From Lama guanicoe (lineage: Eukaryota): 64,000 nucleotides of DNA. How positions within the stretch are numbered: position 1 is the first letter of the stretch; each line of letters opens with the position of its first letter. The translations under genes and the position numbers were made by a program. The stretch lies in assembly GCA_013239625.1 (NCBI GenBank), contig MU054187.1, positions 20,180,897 through 20,244,896 on the forward strand. The letters run 5' to 3'. Below are positions 51,725 through 64,000 of this stretch, piece by piece. The notes under the pieces were generated by a model, which worked only from the letters and a program-made list of their open reading frames with translations, did not search any database and was not told the DNA's origin.

Positions 51725-53200
51725 TTTTTAGTTCTGTACATGTCACTCTAACACAGATTTCACACATTTGATAAACTTTATTTTTTTCATTGAATCAAAA
51801 TATTTTCTAATATCTTTTGATTTTTCACCTGTCATAATATATTCATATTTTTAAAATTACCATATTTAAACATTTTGCCAAATATCTTTCAGTTATTGAT
51901 TCCAAACTTAATTCCATGTTGTCATTTGCTCTGTGTGATTTTAATTATTTTACATTCATTGGGAATCATTTCAAGGTACAGAAGATGTCCTATCTTGTAG
52001 AATATTCCTTGTATACTTAAAACAAATGTGTGTATTTTAGTGTTTTGGGGTGGAGTTATTAACAATAATCAGTTGGGTCAGTTTGCTTCACAGTTTTGCT
52101 CCTGAGTTATGTATCCTGACTAAAGTTCTCAGTAAGTAATTTTAATCCTTTTGTTAGGTAGTTAGGTAAGCCGGGGCACTGGGTAGACAAGGTGGGGGAG
52201 AGGGGGGATGGTCCAGAAGTTGGCAGTATGCCCGCCTCCAGCTTTACTTCATCTGAATGAGTGCTGGCAATAAACCAGTTAGAGCCCCACAGAAGCACCT
52301 GAGCCACAGCACAAGGATCTAAGATATGACCCAGTGCTCATTGTAATATAATTCGCATTTGGATTAAGACCCCACCGCCCGTGGGTTTTTCATGTCCATC
52401 ATGGGTAAGGGCATGAGCAAGGGGACCAAACATGACTAAGCATTTCAGGAGCAAGAGCCATCAGTCATTCAAAAGACCACCTGTAAGCCAAAGGGGAGAC
52501 AAAAACTGCCAGTTTTCCTTCCTTGGATCAGCCCGCCTCCCGTTCGTGGAGCTGTGCTTTCCCTTTGCTAATAAGTCCTTTAAAATCTTTTGCTACATGA
52601 AATACCTACCATCTCTCATCTGAAATGTTATCTTTCAGGTAAGATAAGAATTGGGATCTTTTCCTTTCCCCTTTGGGGGTAACATTTTGAGAGAGAAATG
52701 TTAAAATCTCCAATTATAATTGGAACTGGTTTATTTCTCCTTTAAGTCTCTCATTTTAATTTAGATGATCTGAGGCTCTATAATTATCAGGTGCATACCA
52801 TTAGGTCTGTTTTATGGTCTCTTGGTAGTTCCAAGAAAGTTAAATATTGTCATTTCAATTTTTTTATGTGTAATCTTTGCATTGAATGCTTTTTCCCATC
52901 CTTTTGCATCAAGCACATAAATGTCTTTATACTTTAATTGGCTTCTTGTCAATAGCACATAGTTGACATCTGCTTTTTAATTGATGACTTGAAAATTTTA
53001 CATTTATGCACTATATTCACCAAAAGGGGCAAGTTTAATGTTGCATTTTTGCTAGTTGCTTTATCTTTGTCCTATCTGTTCTCAGCACTTTGTTTTTTTC
53101 TCTTTCTCTTCCTTCTTTTTTGTCTTTAATGTTTATTTTAATTTCTACTCTTGGCTTATTAGACAGCATTGTTTTATATTTTTAGGGTTTTATATTGATT
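51725..53200 (-). mobile_element. Ancient L1M fragment split by an LTR
   Basis: tatcttgtagaatattccttgtatactt...gagagagaaatgttaaaatctccaattataatt. Confidence 0.7.
52097..52684 (+). mobile_element. ERV-type solo LTR (~590 bp)
   Basis: GC-richer block inserted in L1M; TG start, ends gggggtaaca; gcccgcctcc twice; ctttgctaataag polyA-like region. Confidence 0.65.
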
Positions 53201-53354
53201 TGTTTGTTTTTGAGCTGGAGATTTTAAAATTTTTTGCAGGTGGGAGGCCATAAAAAGTGATTCTCCAACTTCAGAGTGCCTACGAGATACTTGACTGCTT
53301 TTCAGAATTGCAGATTCCTAGTGATAAACTCCCAGGCTTGTTTAACCTACCCCT

Positions 53355-53465
53355 CATCTTATGCAGAAATGGGGCAGGGGAAGCACAGGGTTAAGCCAAG
53401 TGCCCAAGGACACCAGCTGGTCGGCAGTGCTAGGATTAGGGTCTGGATGCGGACATGTCAAAAGC
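53355..53465 (-). mobile_element. MIR fragment
   Basis: gcacagggttaagccaagtgcccaaggacaccagctggtcggcagtgctaggatt. Confidence 0.65.
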
Positions 53466-53489
53466 TCCTCAGAGGTGACCTTTGAGTTC

Positions 53490-54340
53490 CTAGGGCTCAA
53501 AACTGGAATAACTTGAGCAAAAAATAAGTATAGTATTCAATTTTAATCCTTCACATAAAATAAACATTGTGAGTCTATACTGAAATAAATAAAACATAAA
53601 AAGAGTAAGTCTTCCTTATGGAAGAACTCTAATTAATAAATATAAATGGAGTAAGTGAAATAGAAAATCACTATTACTGTACCAAAGTCAAAAGTGCCGC
53701 AGGCAATATCTTCCAATGGACGCTACAATGAGTAGGTGAAATTCTAAACTGAAACAGAATATCTGCACAGTCTTAAAAAAACTCCCTCAAAATATGTAGT
53801 AATTATAATGACAAGAATAGTAAGACCGCATGTATGGTTCTGACAGACACCAGTAATAGACAAATGATCAAGAGAAACATCATCAGTACCATAATTAGGC
53901 ATCGTGCATCCCCAACATAATGTGCTGAGAAGAACAGGTAACTACTTTACTATTCTTTCCAACAATGCACTACCTCAGTCTAATTCTGAGAAAGACATTA
54001 GCCTAAGCAAAATCAAAGAGAATTATACAAAACAACTGACCAGTGCCCTTCAAAAGTGTAAAGTCTAAAGAAGAGTTGCTGATTAGAGGAAACCAAGGAC
54101 ACATGGCAACTAAGAAAAATGTGGAAACCTGGGTTAGATCATAGAACAGAAACATACACATTATTGGGAAAATCACAAATTTGATTGTGCATTAGTAAAT
54201 TGCATTGTGCCAATGTTAACTTCTTACATTTTGTAAATGTTACATAAGACGTTAATCTAAGCAGAAGGAAGGAGACAAGCTTATAGAAGCTCTCTGCACT
54301 ATTTTACACCATCTCTATAAATTCAAAATTATCTCAAACA
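53490..54340 (+). mobile_element. L1MC/ME-like 3' region
   Basis: Similar to 44690-45745; aactgaccagtgcccttcaaaagtgt. Confidence 0.75.
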
Positions 54341-56444
54341 TAGCAAGAAATAGTTACAAGACAGCAATAACTAAAGGAAAGTAACAGACTAGAACAATAG
54401 GGCATCAGTGATACTCATTCCAAAATGCCTTAACATCTAGAAAACTTTCCTCAAAACTGCCTTTTATTTTGTCCAAATGTTTCTAACAAAAGTTGAAAGG
54501 TTTTTTTTTAAAGAAATAAGCTAATTCTCTGAGTTATAAAGTTAAATGAAGAGATTTACAAACATTGCTTGTTGGCTTCTATAACAGCCTGTTACAATAT
54601 AATTAACTTGAGCGCTGCAGGTTATTAACAAGGAAGGTGGCAAAGAGACTCAAGGACTTTCAGGTCTAAGCATGATGGATACACAGAAGAATCACTGTGT
54701 CAATTGAAATTACTTTAGCATGGGTATGCAGAACAGATTATAACAACTCTTTCATAAGGATATTTGGCAGATGGTCTCATAGTGCATGTGTGTTAGTGCA
54801 GAAGAGATTCTGTTAATAGACCAGTAGTGCCAACAGCCGACATGTTCAGAGACATAAGAGTCCATCATATCAATGATCAATGACCTTAAAGGCTATAAAT
54901 ACACTGTAACTGTCTTTTGTGTCAAGGATCTGCAAGCTAAAGTGTGCCCAAGAACCATAACTTGCAATGGTACAGTCTCTAAATATGACTCTATGTGATG
55001 GACTGTGACTGCTAAGAATGAGCCGTCATCCTCTACTGGATCGGTAATCGGCATTGTTAATATTCATGGGAGTTGCACAGCAAAATTCTCCATACATGCC
55101 AGTAAAGGAAAATGCATTTTCTGTCCTTCACTTGTCCAGGTTAATTTCAAGAAGTATCAACCACCATGTCTTGAAACACTGTCACAAAAATTTATCAGTA
55201 ATGTCTGCTTTAAATGAGAAAAAAAAAAAGAAACTCTTTATAGAATAAAGAAAGAATTTATGTTGATGAAATCTTTCTTGCTTACTTGGATCATTCTCAA
55301 ACGTGGCAAATTCCAGAATAGCTCTTTCCCATTTCCTGTCTAAATTCTGCACATCATCCTTGCATTTGCATATTTAGTTATAAAAATGGAAGAATAATGG
55401 TAATCTTATTGAACAACAGACATCTACTTTTATCTCAATTATTTGCTTATATTTTTTAATAACTAGAAAATCACCACAATCTCATCTATTTTCATACCAA
55501 AATATAGGTTTTCTCATGAGTACATTAACATTATTTCAGAATTTCATTTCATCTATTCTACTCACTATTTAATTTTTCATAGAGTTAACAGGAAAGACCT
55601 AAGAGGATGTGAACTTGTTTGCATAAAATTAGCATAGGCCACTGTTTTGAGCTCCAAATACTTTATACACATACACACACCCACACATACACACACTGGT
55701 GGTGAGTTGTCTTGGAAACAAAGAACTGATTCTTTCAGGAACATTAAGATTATTTTTTCAAAGTGATCATAAGAATGAGGCATTGTGAAATACTTGGATC
55801 TTGACTGAATATATTTAAAAGAAATTCTTTTTTCTTCTCTAATGGGCTCTTCAACTTGAATTATCCAAAAATCACTGTAACTTATTGCTACCATAAAAAA
55901 TGTGAATTGATGGCACCTGTCAAAACATATTTGAAAAGAATAGATAAAAGAATAGGCAATAACTTAAAAGCTAGATAGGGAACAAGGTACCTAGGATGTA
56001 TGAAAATAATTGTAAGGTAAAAATGGGAGAAACAATTTCTTTTTTAATGCAGTATTGCAGTAAATAATTAATTTTTATGGAAGGAAAAATTGCTTTCATC
56101 AGCTTATCCTCCTGAATGATTAAATGTAACATCATCATGCCACAAGTGTGCTTTTAGTAATATGGTAAAAGCCATTTTGACCACTACACACTGATAAATA
56201 ATTTAATGATACTTACCTAAAAATATGTGTGGTGCATGCTAAATTAGATGTTAAAAGTTCACGACATTTGTGAAGTCAATAGTATACAAACTGCTTCTTC
56301 TACTCTGAATAAAATGCAGGAAAACATCAAACATTTGTCAAGATGACAAATATAAATGTCCTTTAAGTTACTGGAAAATATGAAAGAGAATTTAAAAATA
56401 AGAATTATACCATATAATACAGTTTCTTTAATGATATAAATTAG

Positions 56445-56640
56445 CTAAACATGGTGTAATAAAAAGAACACTGGATTCAGAATCAAAAGAGCTGGAATGG
56501 AATGCTAATTTTAATAATTAGCAACTAGATGCAGAGAATATTAATTTGTGTTTTAATATCTGTGCCCTCTTCTAGAGTAGAATTAGTGTTTGTAAACAGA
56601 CATCCGCTGTACAGGACTTTATTAATATAAAGCATTATTA
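56445..56640 (+). mobile_element. MIR fragment
   Basis: catggtgtaataaaaagaacactggattcagaatcaaaagagctgg. Confidence 0.6.
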
Positions 56641-56704
56641 TTCTCACTGAATTAGCTTTTTATTTACATCAAATATAATTTGGACTCTGGTGTATACAGC
56701 TCTG

Positions 56705-58160
56705 GTGATTTTGGCAAATTCATAGAGTTCGTGTATGTGCTAATAAGGGATGCTGGTCTGCAGTTTTTCTTTTCTTGTGTGTTCTGTATTTGGTATTAGG
56801 CTCGTGGCTTACTCCACACCATCAGTTACGAAGCATTCACTCCACTTACAGTTTTTAGAAGAGATTATGTAGAATTGATTATTTTTGTCTTTCTTAAATA
56901 TTTGGGAGAATTTACCAGTGAAACCTCCTGGGGCTGGAGTTTTCTTTGTTGGGTGGTTTTAAACTATAAATCATATTACTTTAATCAATTTTGTACATGT
57001 AAGATTACCTAATTTTTTCTTATGTTTGTATTGATAGTTTAAGAAAATATTTCACTTATTTAAATTTTTGAAACTTTTTAAATAGAGTTGCTTGTATCAT
57101 TCCCTTATTATCCATTTAATATTTATGGTATCTATATTGATGTCCAATTTTTCATTATGACATGGCTAATGCATGCATAGCCTCTTTTTACTAGTCAGTC
57201 TGTCTAGAGATTTACCAGTTTTATTTCTTTTTTCCCAAGAACCAGGTTTTAGTTTGTTAATTTACCCTATTATTTTCAATTGTATTAATTTCTACTTTTA
57301 GCTTTATCATTTCCTTCATCTTGCTTATTTTCTTAACTCATTTTCTTTCATTTTTCTAGTTTTCAAATGGATTCTTTGATTACTAATTTGAGACTTTTCT
57401 GCTTCGCTAAAATTTATTTCACGCTGTAAATTTCTGTCTAAGCATTGTTTGAGCTGCATCTTTCTTATTTTGATATGCTCTCTTTTTGTTTTCATACACT
57501 TCAAATAATAATTAATTTTCCATAAAACTTCCTGAATTATTGAGATTATGTATTTTACCTTCAAAATATTTGTGATTTTTACAGTATCTTTCTGATATTG
57601 ATGTCTAGGTTTAATTTTGTAGTGGTTCAGTCAAGAACACACTTTGCATGAATTTTTAAAAATTTGTTTGATTTAAATTTGCTTTATGGCTCAGAATGTG
57701 ATATATCTTGGTGACTATATCATGTTCACCTTTAGAAAACAATATTTAATTTTTTTTTCTTGGCTGCAGTGTTCCATGATGTCAGGTTGATGGTGATATT
57801 CAGATCGGCTATTCCTTACTGATTTTCTGTCTACTTGTTTTATAAATTATTCAGAGAAGAATGTTGAAGACTCCAATTTCATGTGAATTTGCCTATTTGT
57901 CTTTTAGTTTTATTAATTTTTACTCCTATATTTTGAGGCCCTGTTTTTAGGTGCATAGATCTTTAGTACTGTTACATCTTTCTTGAGAATGGACTCCTTT
58001 ATCATTATATAATGTCTTTCCTCATTCCTGATAATATTTCTTGTTCTGAAGTCTACTTTAGCTAATATTAATATAACTAATCCAGATTATTTTTACTAGT
58101 CTTTGCATGGTATGTATATATATATATTTTTTTCTATTATTTTACTGTTATCTATGTCCT
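56705..58160 (-). mobile_element. Old L1M ORF2 fragment
   Basis: agaatttaccagtgaaacc...ggagttttctttgttgg; ORF 57325-57564 is decayed ORF2-like. Confidence 0.8.
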
Positions 58161-58184
58161 TAACATACTTTCCCTTAATTTTTT

Positions 58185-58403
58185 TCCTGTTTTAAAATTG
58201 AAATGTAGCTGCTTTGCAATATTATATTAGTTTCAGGTGTATAGCATAGTGATTCAGTGTTTTTATAGATTAAACTCCATTTAAAGTTATTGCAAAGTCA
58301 TTGCTCTAACTTCCTGTGCTGTACAATGTATCCTACTGCTTATCTGTTTTTTACATAGTAGTTTCTATCTCTTTCCCATACCCCTTATCTTGCCCCTCCT
58401 TCA
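58185..58403 (-). mobile_element. Short L1 3' end with probable TSD
   Basis: aattgaaatgtag...gtttcaggtgtatagcatagtgattc; ccttaattt at 58173-58181 and 58404-58412. Confidence 0.85.
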
Positions 58404-59375
58404 CCTTAATTTCTTAAAAAAAAGAAAACACACACACTCAAAAGACAAACACACACACACACACACACAAACCCATATTATTACTGACTTCATAATTTTT
58501 GTGAAAGTCAAGTGATTTTATGTAAGGTTATCAGTTGAGTGCCTGGCATATAGATAGTATTTATTTAATATTTAATAACAATGCTATCACCCTTCATATT
58601 TGAAAGTGTAACTCATATATCAGTTGATGTTAATTACCTCAAAATTATGTATTCTGAAAAAACATGGAGAGGTTGTGTTCTTAAAGGCATTTCTAGCTCC
58701 GGTGTCTTAAATTGTCTAAATATTTTCCTTTCTCTCCTTTATTTCTCTCTTGTACTATTCCAAATTTCAGCCCCAATCTCCCTTAATTACTGATTAATTG
58801 CCTATTTACTGCCCAAGCCACTCCTCATAGGAGAAATGGCTTACATGTAATAGAGTTTTATTAAATATTTGTGGGCAGTCAAAGAGAAGTTTTATATCTG
58901 TGCCACTTAGAGTGGCTTTAGTTGCACATTAAATGTTTGCCTGCTTGAAAATCTTGTTGACCATCCTACCTTCAGGAATTTCTCACAGATCAAGGTATTT
59001 CAAAGTATCATATTCATATCCTACCAATTTGCTGACCTCTCACCTACAATGATCTTTTTCATTACTTTCTTTATAGATTCCGTATGACCCCAAGTCCTCC
59101 ATCCATCTTGCAGAGTTGTCCTCTGACAGCTACTCTCAGTTAGGTAAGCACCACTCACTCTGTATGTATAATCATTCTTGTTACTCACATTAAAAACAGC
59201 CTCTCAGCAGCACAAACAGTTAAGAGCCATGCCAAGTTTACAGGAAGAAGCTGCGGCTAGACTATTCTCTTTTAATATCATTTCAATGTGTTGGTTTTTC
59301 ATTGACAATTATATATATATTGATTTGAGGATTTGGTTTTAGAGATCAAATGGAGGCAGACCCTTAAGCAAAAGT

Positions 59376-59407
59376 TATCCTCATGGATATCCTCATGGAT
59401 ATCCTCA
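59376..59407. repeat. 12-bp tandem repeat (tatcctcatgga) x2.7
   Basis: Directly visible. Confidence 0.85.
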
Positions 59408-60714
59408 GATTAAACATGTTTAGAAAACTCTGGAAAATTTTCTCTCCTGATTGCCTTTAAACTAATAGTAATGAGCTCTTGTGGAAATTAAGAAAAAATA
59501 GAGTTTCATTATTTTTGTGAGTTGAATTGAATAATAACTTATTTTTAGTCTTCTTCATAAACTTAATACATAACATTTTAAAAATACAACCAGCTGTCTC
59601 TTTGCTATATTGTGATTGGGTGTTGGTGGGGTTTTGCTAGTTGAATGCTCACACCCATAACATTCACAACGGACTTTCCATGTTGGTTGCATTCAATTTA
59701 ATTACCCATCTGTCGATTAGAAAATTATCTGGAAAATTAAAGAATGCCTCTCATGTTAAAATGAATTACAAATTAATATTAATTTCTAACATCATACATA
59801 TACTTTTCCATATAATAGGTTAGTTGTTGAGATGTCCATCACTTATCATTTTATCCTTTCTCTCCGATTTAATTTTTCTTCTCATCTCTGAGATCATTAA
59901 AGACAAATAAGTATAAATATATCAGCCTGTGTTGTCTCGGGTTTATCAGAGTTTGTATCTCCACTGAACTCCAGGTGTACAAATGAACAGTTGCGTTTTC
60001 AGGGGAAGTATGAGAAGGTTATGCCAAAAGATGCAACTTCCAAGTAATTGCCGTGTTACTCACAGTGTGAAAACAGTTACAGTAACTAGGGGCTGATTCC
60101 TTTCCAAAGTAACATATTCTTACTCTTATTAGCTTTTCTTATTTATTTCTCTTGGATCAAATGGGTTTCAATTGTGTTATTGTGTGAATGGAACATAACA
60201 CAGCAGTTCATTTTCATTAAACTTGACTCAGGGAATGGCTTATGGAGCCTAGCAACAAGAAATAAAGAGAGAATTAACTAGAACCTTTTCTGTTACTGAA
60301 TTTTGTGAGCCAAGCGTTATCACAGTTCGCTTTGGAGAAAGCCAATAATATATTTAATTCCTTTCCATAAGAACCACTTAGTGCTTAAAATAAGCTTGGA
60401 AACCATAATATAATTAAAGGCAAAATATCTAAGACAATCTATGTTGTTGAAGTAATATCATTATAAATAATAATCAGTAATTCAATGTGTCACTGTAACT
60501 CCCAAAAATGTCTAAGAGAAGCCTACATTTTTAGCACAGAAGAAATATGAAAGGCTGCCATTTTGTGCTGATATTGAACTCTTGGTAACCGTGCAGCCAT
60601 TTCCTTCCCTGCAATATTCAGGTCAAAGATGTTGGTAAAATAAAAGCAAATCATCATTTTGATTCTAGAACTCAAAACATTTAACTATTTTTAAAATATG
60701 TTTTGATTTCCTAA

Positions 60715-61240
60715 CCAGTCTCTGTTTCTTGTGTTGACCTAATGTAGTTTATTATCAAAAGAAATCCAGAGTGATCTTTGAAAACAAAATCAGATCATAC
60801 GACTTATCTGCTTAAAGAGACCTCAAAAGCTTCCCTTCACTTGCAGAATAAAACTCCAAACTTGCCCTCAATCATACGTCAAGCCCAAACTCCCAGTCAT
60901 GACCCTGGCTTTCCTCTCTGACCTCCAGTCTTACGACTTTCCACTTGGCTCACTTCACTTAACTACCATTCCTTTTACTATTCATACATGAGTGCTGCAG
61001 AATTATGTCTTTCTGCTTGCTTTCCCTCTTCTTGGAAATTTCTTCTGTCCTGTCTTGGCCTATTTATTTTCTACCAAATATGTTCTAGCACATAAATCAA
61101 CTCAGAAGGACTTTCTTTCTAGTCAGTTATTATGTATCACATCACTGTTTCATTTTATGATAATACTTATAATACAAAAATATATTGTTTTTACTTATTT
61201 ATTTTCTTCTTCCCTTCACTGGAATATTAGCTCTAGAGAG
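60715..61240 (+). mobile_element. L2 fragment
   Basis: ccagagtgatcttt...aatcagatcat...agaataaaactccaaac. Confidence 0.7.
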
Positions 61241-63082
61241 TAAGTAAATCAGGATGAGGAATATTTTGTGAAGATGAGATGGAGTCTTGTTGGAGCAGGA
61301 CTTATGGAAGCTGATTGGCCTGAAACACAAGTGAACTTGGCCTTAGAAAAATGACATACTCAATTACATGTCTTCAATAACATGTAAGAAAAGGGTCACA
61401 TAGCTATGGATGATGGAGAGAAAAGAGAGTAATTGAGCACATTAAAACAATATTCAGGGGTCTTGAATGTGGTTGGAAATAATGTGTGGCCACAATTAGT
61501 ATCTCTGCCAAGTGAGGATCTACTCCTTGTTAGATATTAAAAACCTAGTAATCATCAGAATAGACTCTTATTCTTTTGTGTAAGATATTGCAGAAAATGT
61601 TGTAAGGCAAATTATGAAAATACACTTGAGAAATATATGATGAAGACATACTGACTGAGGTCAGAGTATATTGGAAGCCATTCAAGAGGTGGACCTGAAA
61701 TCATTTCTCTCTGGATCATAGGGGTGGGGGATGTTCAGGAGAAGGAAAGACAGGCTTCATCTAATCTTGTAAATATACCGATAACTGACCTCTTGATAAG
61801 TAGACTCATATTTGCTAGAAGGTAAGTTTTTATTTATAGAATCTTCTTAGCAAGAATTTCCTGAATTAAATTTCTTTATGGTTCATGAAGATAAGTTCCA
61901 CAGATTTATAGAACATGTCTCCCAGGAAAAGCATCCAGTAATCTAGTTAATTATCATCAGTAGCATAAAGTGGACATATTCCATAACCTACATTCTCCCC
62001 ACTTTTGTGACATGTCCTGAAACCCTCACCTAGAGAATCCATCAATTATTCTATGTCATGTTGGTGTGTCGGATGGGTAAAGACCCTCAGATCCACATGG
62101 GCTGTCTCAGATTTCTCTCCCACTGCCTGGCTTCCTTGACGGCTTGTATCCTTGGATTTATTAGAAAAGCATAACAGGGAAGATTTATGTGATTCTGATT
62201 TGATCATTTTATCATCTGTGTTCAACTTTCTACTATATGTGTATTTTAAACAAATTACTCCAATATTCTAGATAAAACCTCATCACAAAAGGTTTCTTTA
62301 AGCCTCTGTGACCACATTTAACAGATGTTTATAACATTTCAAGTTTATGTTGTCATTCATACTTCATACATTACCAAGTTAGCATGCAGTTAAAATGAAG
62401 GAACTGTGTTGAATTAAAATGTATTGAAATGCATTCAATTTCCCTTACATGCTTGAGGTGTTAGATATATATGTTATCAGAAGCTTACGTGAGTGAGAAT
62501 TATTAGCTCCATTATTAGGTGAATTAAATTCAGTTTGCTCATTAACTTACTCAAGCCAGAGGGAAAAACAGCTAGAAGTACAAATTAGGCACACCCTATT
62601 TCAAGATCTATGCTCTAAAGCAATTGTATGTGGATGATTCCATCTACAGATAAATACATAAGGATGAAGTCATTTTAATTCTTAGAGTCAAGGTTCGGTG
62701 CCGTTACAGCTTTATCAAATTGGAAAGTTTCATATGATTTTTTTTTATAGTCTGAGTAGCTAAAATCTAGCAGAAGAAACCCAATCAGCTTACTCTACCT
62801 TATTTCATACTTCTATCAAATACAAGTAGAGAAAGAGATTTTAAGATTGTTAGTAAAGATCATTAAGACAAAAAGAATCAAACTTGCAAGTACCTTAATT
62901 TTGGTACAGATACACAAACGGTCGTTATCTCATTCAGGCATATAAGCTGCTCACAGAGGAGAAAGAGAAGGATTCAAGTGTGACAGAAAACTTGAATTTT
63001 GGATAAAATTAAAAATAATTAGGATATTTAGAGTAATATATATTTTAGTTTTATTTTTTTCTCTTCTGTCACTTGATATTCT

Positions 63083-63120
63083 TTAATTTTTATTTTTATT
63101 GAAGTATAGTCAGTTACAAT
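63083..63120 (-). mobile_element. Extremely 5'-truncated L1 tail (~40 bp)
   Basis: tttttattgaagtatagtcagttacaat is the antisense terminus of young L1. Confidence 0.7.
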
Positions 63121-64000
63121 ATCTATTTTTAAAGAGCTAAATTCAGAAATCTGAAACACGATATATTACAGTAAATCTCGTACTGTTCTTTACAAATATT
63201 TTTTAAAAACTAATAATAGAAAGAAAATCTGTACAAATTCATATAATAGGACTCTTTTTTGAAATAAGAAGAACATTTTCATCTCAGTAAGTGTAAATTT
63301 AAATTTTGATAAACATAACACTGTTCTGCTACAGGTGGAAAATACCTAAAATGCTTACCAGGAAACTAAGTGGAAGCAAATAGTGGGAAACTTTCTTAAA
63401 AAGGATTTTTAAAAATAATTTAATGCTTTGTTTCTTGTAGGACTCATCAGGAATAAGAATAATAACATAAAAATGATTTAAGTTCATAGGAAAAGTCTCA
63501 GCCAGAAGAACCCTTTTTAAAAATTTTATTTTTGCTAAAATTCTACAGCTAAACTCTTAATTCTTCATTTCCTCTGCATGGATGTATACTTTGGACTGTT
63601 CCACTTTCCTTGAACATTATTATTATTTTGTGTACTGCTTTGTACTTAATTCTATAAAAACTCTCAATTCTGGGGCTTATAAGATGGTGCTTATCTATGT
63701 GGAACCAAAAGTAACATGAATATAGCCTGGAGAAAGTTATAAAATGGAATTAAGTCTTCAAGAAAGTCACAGTAATAGCACATGACATAAATAGTTGCTG
63801 GCCTCGCTCCTCATTGGTCTAAGGTTGCAAGAGCAAATTCTCAGCTTACAAAAATGGATTCTATATAGATGTCTATACATCTGTATATGTTTAATATTTC
63901 AGAGCATGATATAGTTAAGAAGGATGCAAGTGAAAGGGAAACCTGGTTTTAAAATTTGTTTATTTGGTTGTTTAAATTTTTTGTAATTGTATACATTGAA

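Noticed and set aside
3049..61243. Remaining short ORFs in the track
   Set aside because: 60-130 aa, many with non-ATG starts, low-complexity or within repeats, and no recognisable domains
61815..61830. Strong donor AAG|GTAAGT
   Set aside because: No convincing upstream acceptor; isolated donor motifs are expected by chance in 64 kb
1..64000. CRISPR array, operon or other prokaryote-type system
   Set aside because: The sequence is mammalian repeat-rich DNA with no regularly spaced repeat-spacer array and no gene-dense region

Overview
AT-rich, CpG-poor mammalian non-coding DNA (intronic or intergenic). I see no recognisable protein-coding gene; the only ORF-track entries with real protein similarity are LINE-1 ORF2 C-terminal remnants. 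The window is a mosaic of interspersed repeats: young and old L1, L2, MIR, tRNA-derived SINEs, MaLR/ERVL/ERV-type LTRs, and Tigger and hAT MITEs. The SINE and young L1 3' ends resemble camelid (Camelus/Vicugna) elements, which is recognition from memory rather than a search result. The clearest special feature is a full-length U6 snRNA/L1 chimeric retrocopy with a target-site duplication (36235-36622). Several L1 rearrangement scars are visible: an inversion, a microhomology-type deletion and a templated local duplication. Repeat-free islands carry MEIS/PBX motif clusters and well-formed orphan exons that may belong to an unannotated transcript. I cannot support a claim of a new biological system here; those islands are the best leads. 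Repeat subfamily names and most repeat boundaries are approximate and were set by eye.
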